Below are positions 61,801 to 64,000 of a stretch of 64,000 bases of DNA, in pieces (the stretch's first letter is position 1; each line of letters begins with the position of its first letter). Origin of the DNA: Phycisphaerae bacterium (lineage in GTDB: Bacteria > Planctomycetota > Phycisphaerae > UBA1845); NCBI GenBank assembly GCA_963666835.2, contig CAXXGO010000001.1, forward strand, positions 576,001 to 640,000, read 5' to 3'. Both the position numbers and the translations under genes were made by a program. Below the pieces are notes generated by a model. It saw only the letters and a program-made list of their open reading frames with translations. It did no database searches and had not been told where the DNA came from.

Positions 61801-64000
61801 CATCGACGCGTGGTTCGATGACGATGATGCCGAATACTCTGCTACTATCGATCTGGATCTGTCCGAGGAACATACCATAGAGATGAAGTATTACCATAGC
61901 GACGGACCGGCATTTGCGCGCCTAAGTTGGCAACCTCCGGGCCGGAGTAAGGAGATTATACCTCTTCTGAATCTAACTGCCGGGGGTGACTGCAACGACA
62001 ATGATAGGCCGGACGACTGCGATCTTGCGGAGCATCCTGAATGGGATGCCGACGGGGACGGAATAATCGATGAATGCGTGCTCGTAGATTGTAACGGAAA
62101 CGGGATTCCCGACTACCGCGATATAAGGTCGGGCTTCAGTAGCGACTGTAACAGTAACGGCATGCCGGACGAGTGTGAGACCGCTCTCCTTCGAGTCGAC
62201 GGTTTCGCGTCGGATTCGGCACAAGAAGGCAGCACGCTGGGCGGCGACGTGATTGCCTTTACCGGTTGGGGTTTCCAGTCGGGAATGAAGGTCGTCTTTA
62301 CCGATGGCCATCATCGCGTTGAGCCGCCGCCGGAGGGCGGGGTGATTGCCTCCGATGGCGGCGAGCGTCTGGAGGTGCTGGTCCCGTCCTTTGCGCCGGG
62401 TTGCAGGTGCGGGAGCGACCAGCGCTTGCCGGTGAACATTGAGTTCGATAACGGGTGTGCTGCGGATGACTTGAATCGTATTGCTGAGCGGTTCGCGTAC
62501 ACCGTGTTCAGGAGGCTGGTCAACCCGGGTGAGGATGTCCAGGCGGCCATCGCTGGGGCCAGCGAGGGTACCTGTATCGTGCTCGCAGCGGACGCGAATC
62601 ACCTCGGCCCGGTGCGTATCTCGGCACCGAAGCGGCAGGTGTCGTTAACCAGCGCCTATCCCGATACACCGGGGCGCACGCAACTCGACGGCGGGTACAC
62701 GCCGCCCCCGTCACCGCACGTGTCGGATCCTACAGTCACGCTCGACGGGTGCGATGACAGCGTGTGCCTGAGTGGGTTGAATATCATCCTGGGTAACGGC
62801 GGAGTTGAGATCAAGAACTCGGCAACGTGCATTGTGTCCGGGTGTTTGATCGATGACAACATATCGAACAGTGCCGAGCGAGGGGGTGGCGTCACTATTC
62901 GTGACGGCGCTACGCCGGTGCTTGTCGGAAACGTGATTGCGGTGAATACGAACGAAAGTACCAAGGGTGGAGGAGGTGTCCGGATCGATGAGGCCGGCGG
63001 CGTCCTGGTGGGCAATACCATTCAGGGCAACAAGGTCCCTAAAGAAAGTGACGGTGCCGGCATGTACTTGTCGAGTACGTTCGCCGAGCTTGTCATTGCG
63101 GACAATGTTATACATGGAAACCAAAGCGCCTTTGCTTGTCCGGCACTATCTTCACCCCAGATAGAAGAGGACTACGACGGTGGAGGCGTGTATTGGACCG
63201 GAGAAGAAGACAAGCCCGGAATGGGCGTGCTTCTTCGGAACCGGATCGTTGAGAATACCAATTATAAGGGCCAAGGTGTCGGCCTCTTCCTGGATACTGA
63301 TGTCGCCCCGACTATTGCGGGGAATGAAATCGCAGCGAATCGGGGCCTTACTGAGCATTCGCACGGTGGAGGTGTCCTCATCAATGAATTCAACCGCAAC
63401 GCGTTCGATTTCTGCAATAACTGGGTGCATAATAACGAGGCGCATTTCGGTGGTGGTATTGTCATTCTGAAGAAGAACCCGGTGAATATGTTCCAGAACC
63501 TTGTTTACTGCAATCGCTCGGTGTTGCGGGATTGTGACCTCTTATACAACCCGCCCTGGTATGCGCCCGGCGTTTATATCGACGATGCCTCACCGACGGT
63601 AACACGCAACGTGATTCATGGGAACACGGGCGGTGATCCGTCCATGAGGATGATTCAAGGTGGAGGATTACACTGCAACGACTTGGCTACGGGAGACCCC
63701 TTATTCTGGGATAATATCTTATCCGAGAACGACGGGTGGGAGGTTTATTCCAACCTCTCGCTGGCGGGCCCGCTCGATATGCCCATCGATTGGAACATTG
63801 GGTTTGACGCAAGTGATCCCGAGCACATTTTCTCTCCCGAGTCGGAACCCGGTCCGTATTGTACTGTGGAGGATCCGCTCTTGTTCTCGCCGGGTTGCGG
63901 CCCGGCTGACCCCTGGATGGCTTACAGTGTACTGGACGGCTCACCGGCTATCTGCACTGCGAGCGACGAATGTAACCGTGGGGCAATACAGGCAAGCTGC
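58877..64000 (+). CDS. Giant secreted protein (partial): three PA14 domains, DCNxNGxPDxC repeats, IPT/TIG-like region, right-handed beta-helix
   Basis: GAGGAG RBS and ATG 58877; no terminated ORF in this frame in the track, consistent with run-off; GLIGTY-type PA14 starts near 60207, 60791 and 61568. Confidence 0.85.
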   Translation, partial: MTMFGDARLLSLDPRVSALIAGVLLAPSLAIGEPRLRIERHTIAGGGGTSSAAALLLRGTIGQWDAVRASSTGGSRTLALTGGFWPRECQPGECNVPRTIRVSSSDPGWAYGGSSALSGSLPTQLAALNSGPPPFDESSWVVIDESPPGVRKNWNGDVLNEGFRCSCDGIIDEDTLAECETFLREPYDQSYVSAIEYMYDVDEVTYDNCSSAFYRWVFDLPEDLFQVAISGWANVDDQGVVFLNGHRLTGAMTIPGFKNCAPDAQCHDLRSCKPCITGMGDPGCMACDPDPNCSFRDACYSSQDSWPGDREDDDPVGARGTSILTWPVAGRFSTSERAHFRPGQNELVFAVAGDAQWLEPTGLEFSAVVYYDPDCNLNDRLDSWDIRDAVSPDYNTNGIPDECEGQDCDGDGISDNVEIATAGSRDDDLNYMPDECEIPGEEKGLIGTYYDDVDSTGLAMARIDPYVNHAWGSEAPWPTFSPESFSVRWEGTVKTTAERGSYTFYTMTDGGESLWIDGQLLIDESEDQSAIEHQQAIQLREDTEYSVVMEYYSVSDNAFARLSWQPPGHEKEIIPEDNLRPFPDCNGDGVTNQLDIARGRSLDCNANGRPDDCDVDSEFKSDCNGNGMPDDCEVEVRNGLIGTYFDGYNHGTGEFIGERRARLDETVDWEWDGRPWPAFAADELGVQWEGRLLTGDNAGSYNFFTLAQDGVWLTVGGFLVIGEWADHAEVTEYSGAIWLDAYTEYLISFEYYDSAGPATAVLSWQPPGETKVVIPSSHLLTGGDCNNNGLPDKCDIESGYSHDCDFSLIPDECENDCNDNGFEDSCDVAEGTSEDCNANGVPDECEGGLGYAEDCNNNGIPDECEIDRVPDPENPDEPERDCNTNRYLDMCELVPQEGLIGTYYDAINFAGKARGRNDASVDFYWGDSAPWYGYGPDTFSIKWVGGLRNLPASGTYTFYTETDAGERLWIDGQLLIDAWFDDDDAEYSATIDLDLSEEHTIEMKYYHSDGPAFARLSWQPPGRSKEIIPLLNLTAGGDCNDNDRPDDCDLAEHPEWDADGDGIIDECVLVDCNGNGIPDYRDIRSGFSSDCNSNGMPDECETALLRVDGFASDSAQEGSTLGGDVIAFTGWGFQSGMKVVFTDGHHRVEPPPEGGVIASDGGERLEVLVPSFAPGCRCGSDQRLPVNIEFDNGCAADDLNRIAERFAYTVFRRLVNPGEDVQAAIAGASEGTCIVLAADANHLGPVRISAPKRQVSLTSAYPDTPGRTQLDGGYTPPPSPHVSDPTVTLDGCDDSVCLSGLNIILGNGGVEIKNSATCIVSGCLIDDNISNSAERGGGVTIRDGATPVLVGNVIAVNTNESTKGGGGVRIDEAGGVLVGNTIQGNKVPKESDGAGMYLSSTFAELVIADNVIHGNQSAFACPALSSPQIEEDYDGGGVYWTGEEDKPGMGVLLRNRIVENTNYKGQGVGLFLDTDVAPTIAGNEIAANRGLTEHSHGGGVLINEFNRNAFDFCNNWVHNNEAHFGGGIVILKKNPVNMFQNLVYCNRSVLRDCDLLYNPPWYAPGVYIDDASPTVTRNVIHGNTGGDPSMRMIQGGGLHCNDLATGDPLFWDNILSENDGWEVYSNLSLAGPLDMPIDWNIGFDASDPEHIFSPESEPGPYCTVEDPLLFSPGCGPADPWMAYSVLDGSPAICTASDECNRGAIQASC

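Overview
GC-rich bacterial DNA, most consistent with a Planctomycetota (Phycisphaerae-like) genome. This is inferred from the ECF sigma/Ser-Thr kinase pair, DUF1580 and DUF2294 genes and Cys-rich giant secreted proteins. 1-26.2 kb: carbon-metabolism and membrane genes (PfkA, PckA, GlgP, TerC, M50 protease, RND pump) surround a stress cluster. In that cluster, three copies of a ~150-nt structured leader ending in an intrinsic terminator sit among two DUF2294/MpsC-like genes, a cryptic CsrA-like gene, two Hsp20, an SPFH gene and a GlsB/YeaQ gene; this is the strongest candidate for an undescribed RNA-based regulatory system. 26.3-29.4 kb: an ORF-less group II intron inserted antisense in a lapA-like gene, IS3, MscS and IS110 remnants, and a DUF1580 gene. 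29.6-50.6 kb: an island starting at a tmRNA-3'-like att core, with a divergent tyrosine integrase, an AAA+/VWA/RAMA-like module, a serine recombinase-ParB module, TrmO, AbiE, receiver/GAF signalling genes and a KAP NTPase followed by probable DGR debris. 50.9-64 kb: a kinase/ECF sigma pair and secreted proteins, including a signal-peptide-bearing tail-fibre-like protein and a >1700-aa PA14/beta-helix protein that runs off the window. All calls come from reading motifs by eye; no database searches were run.
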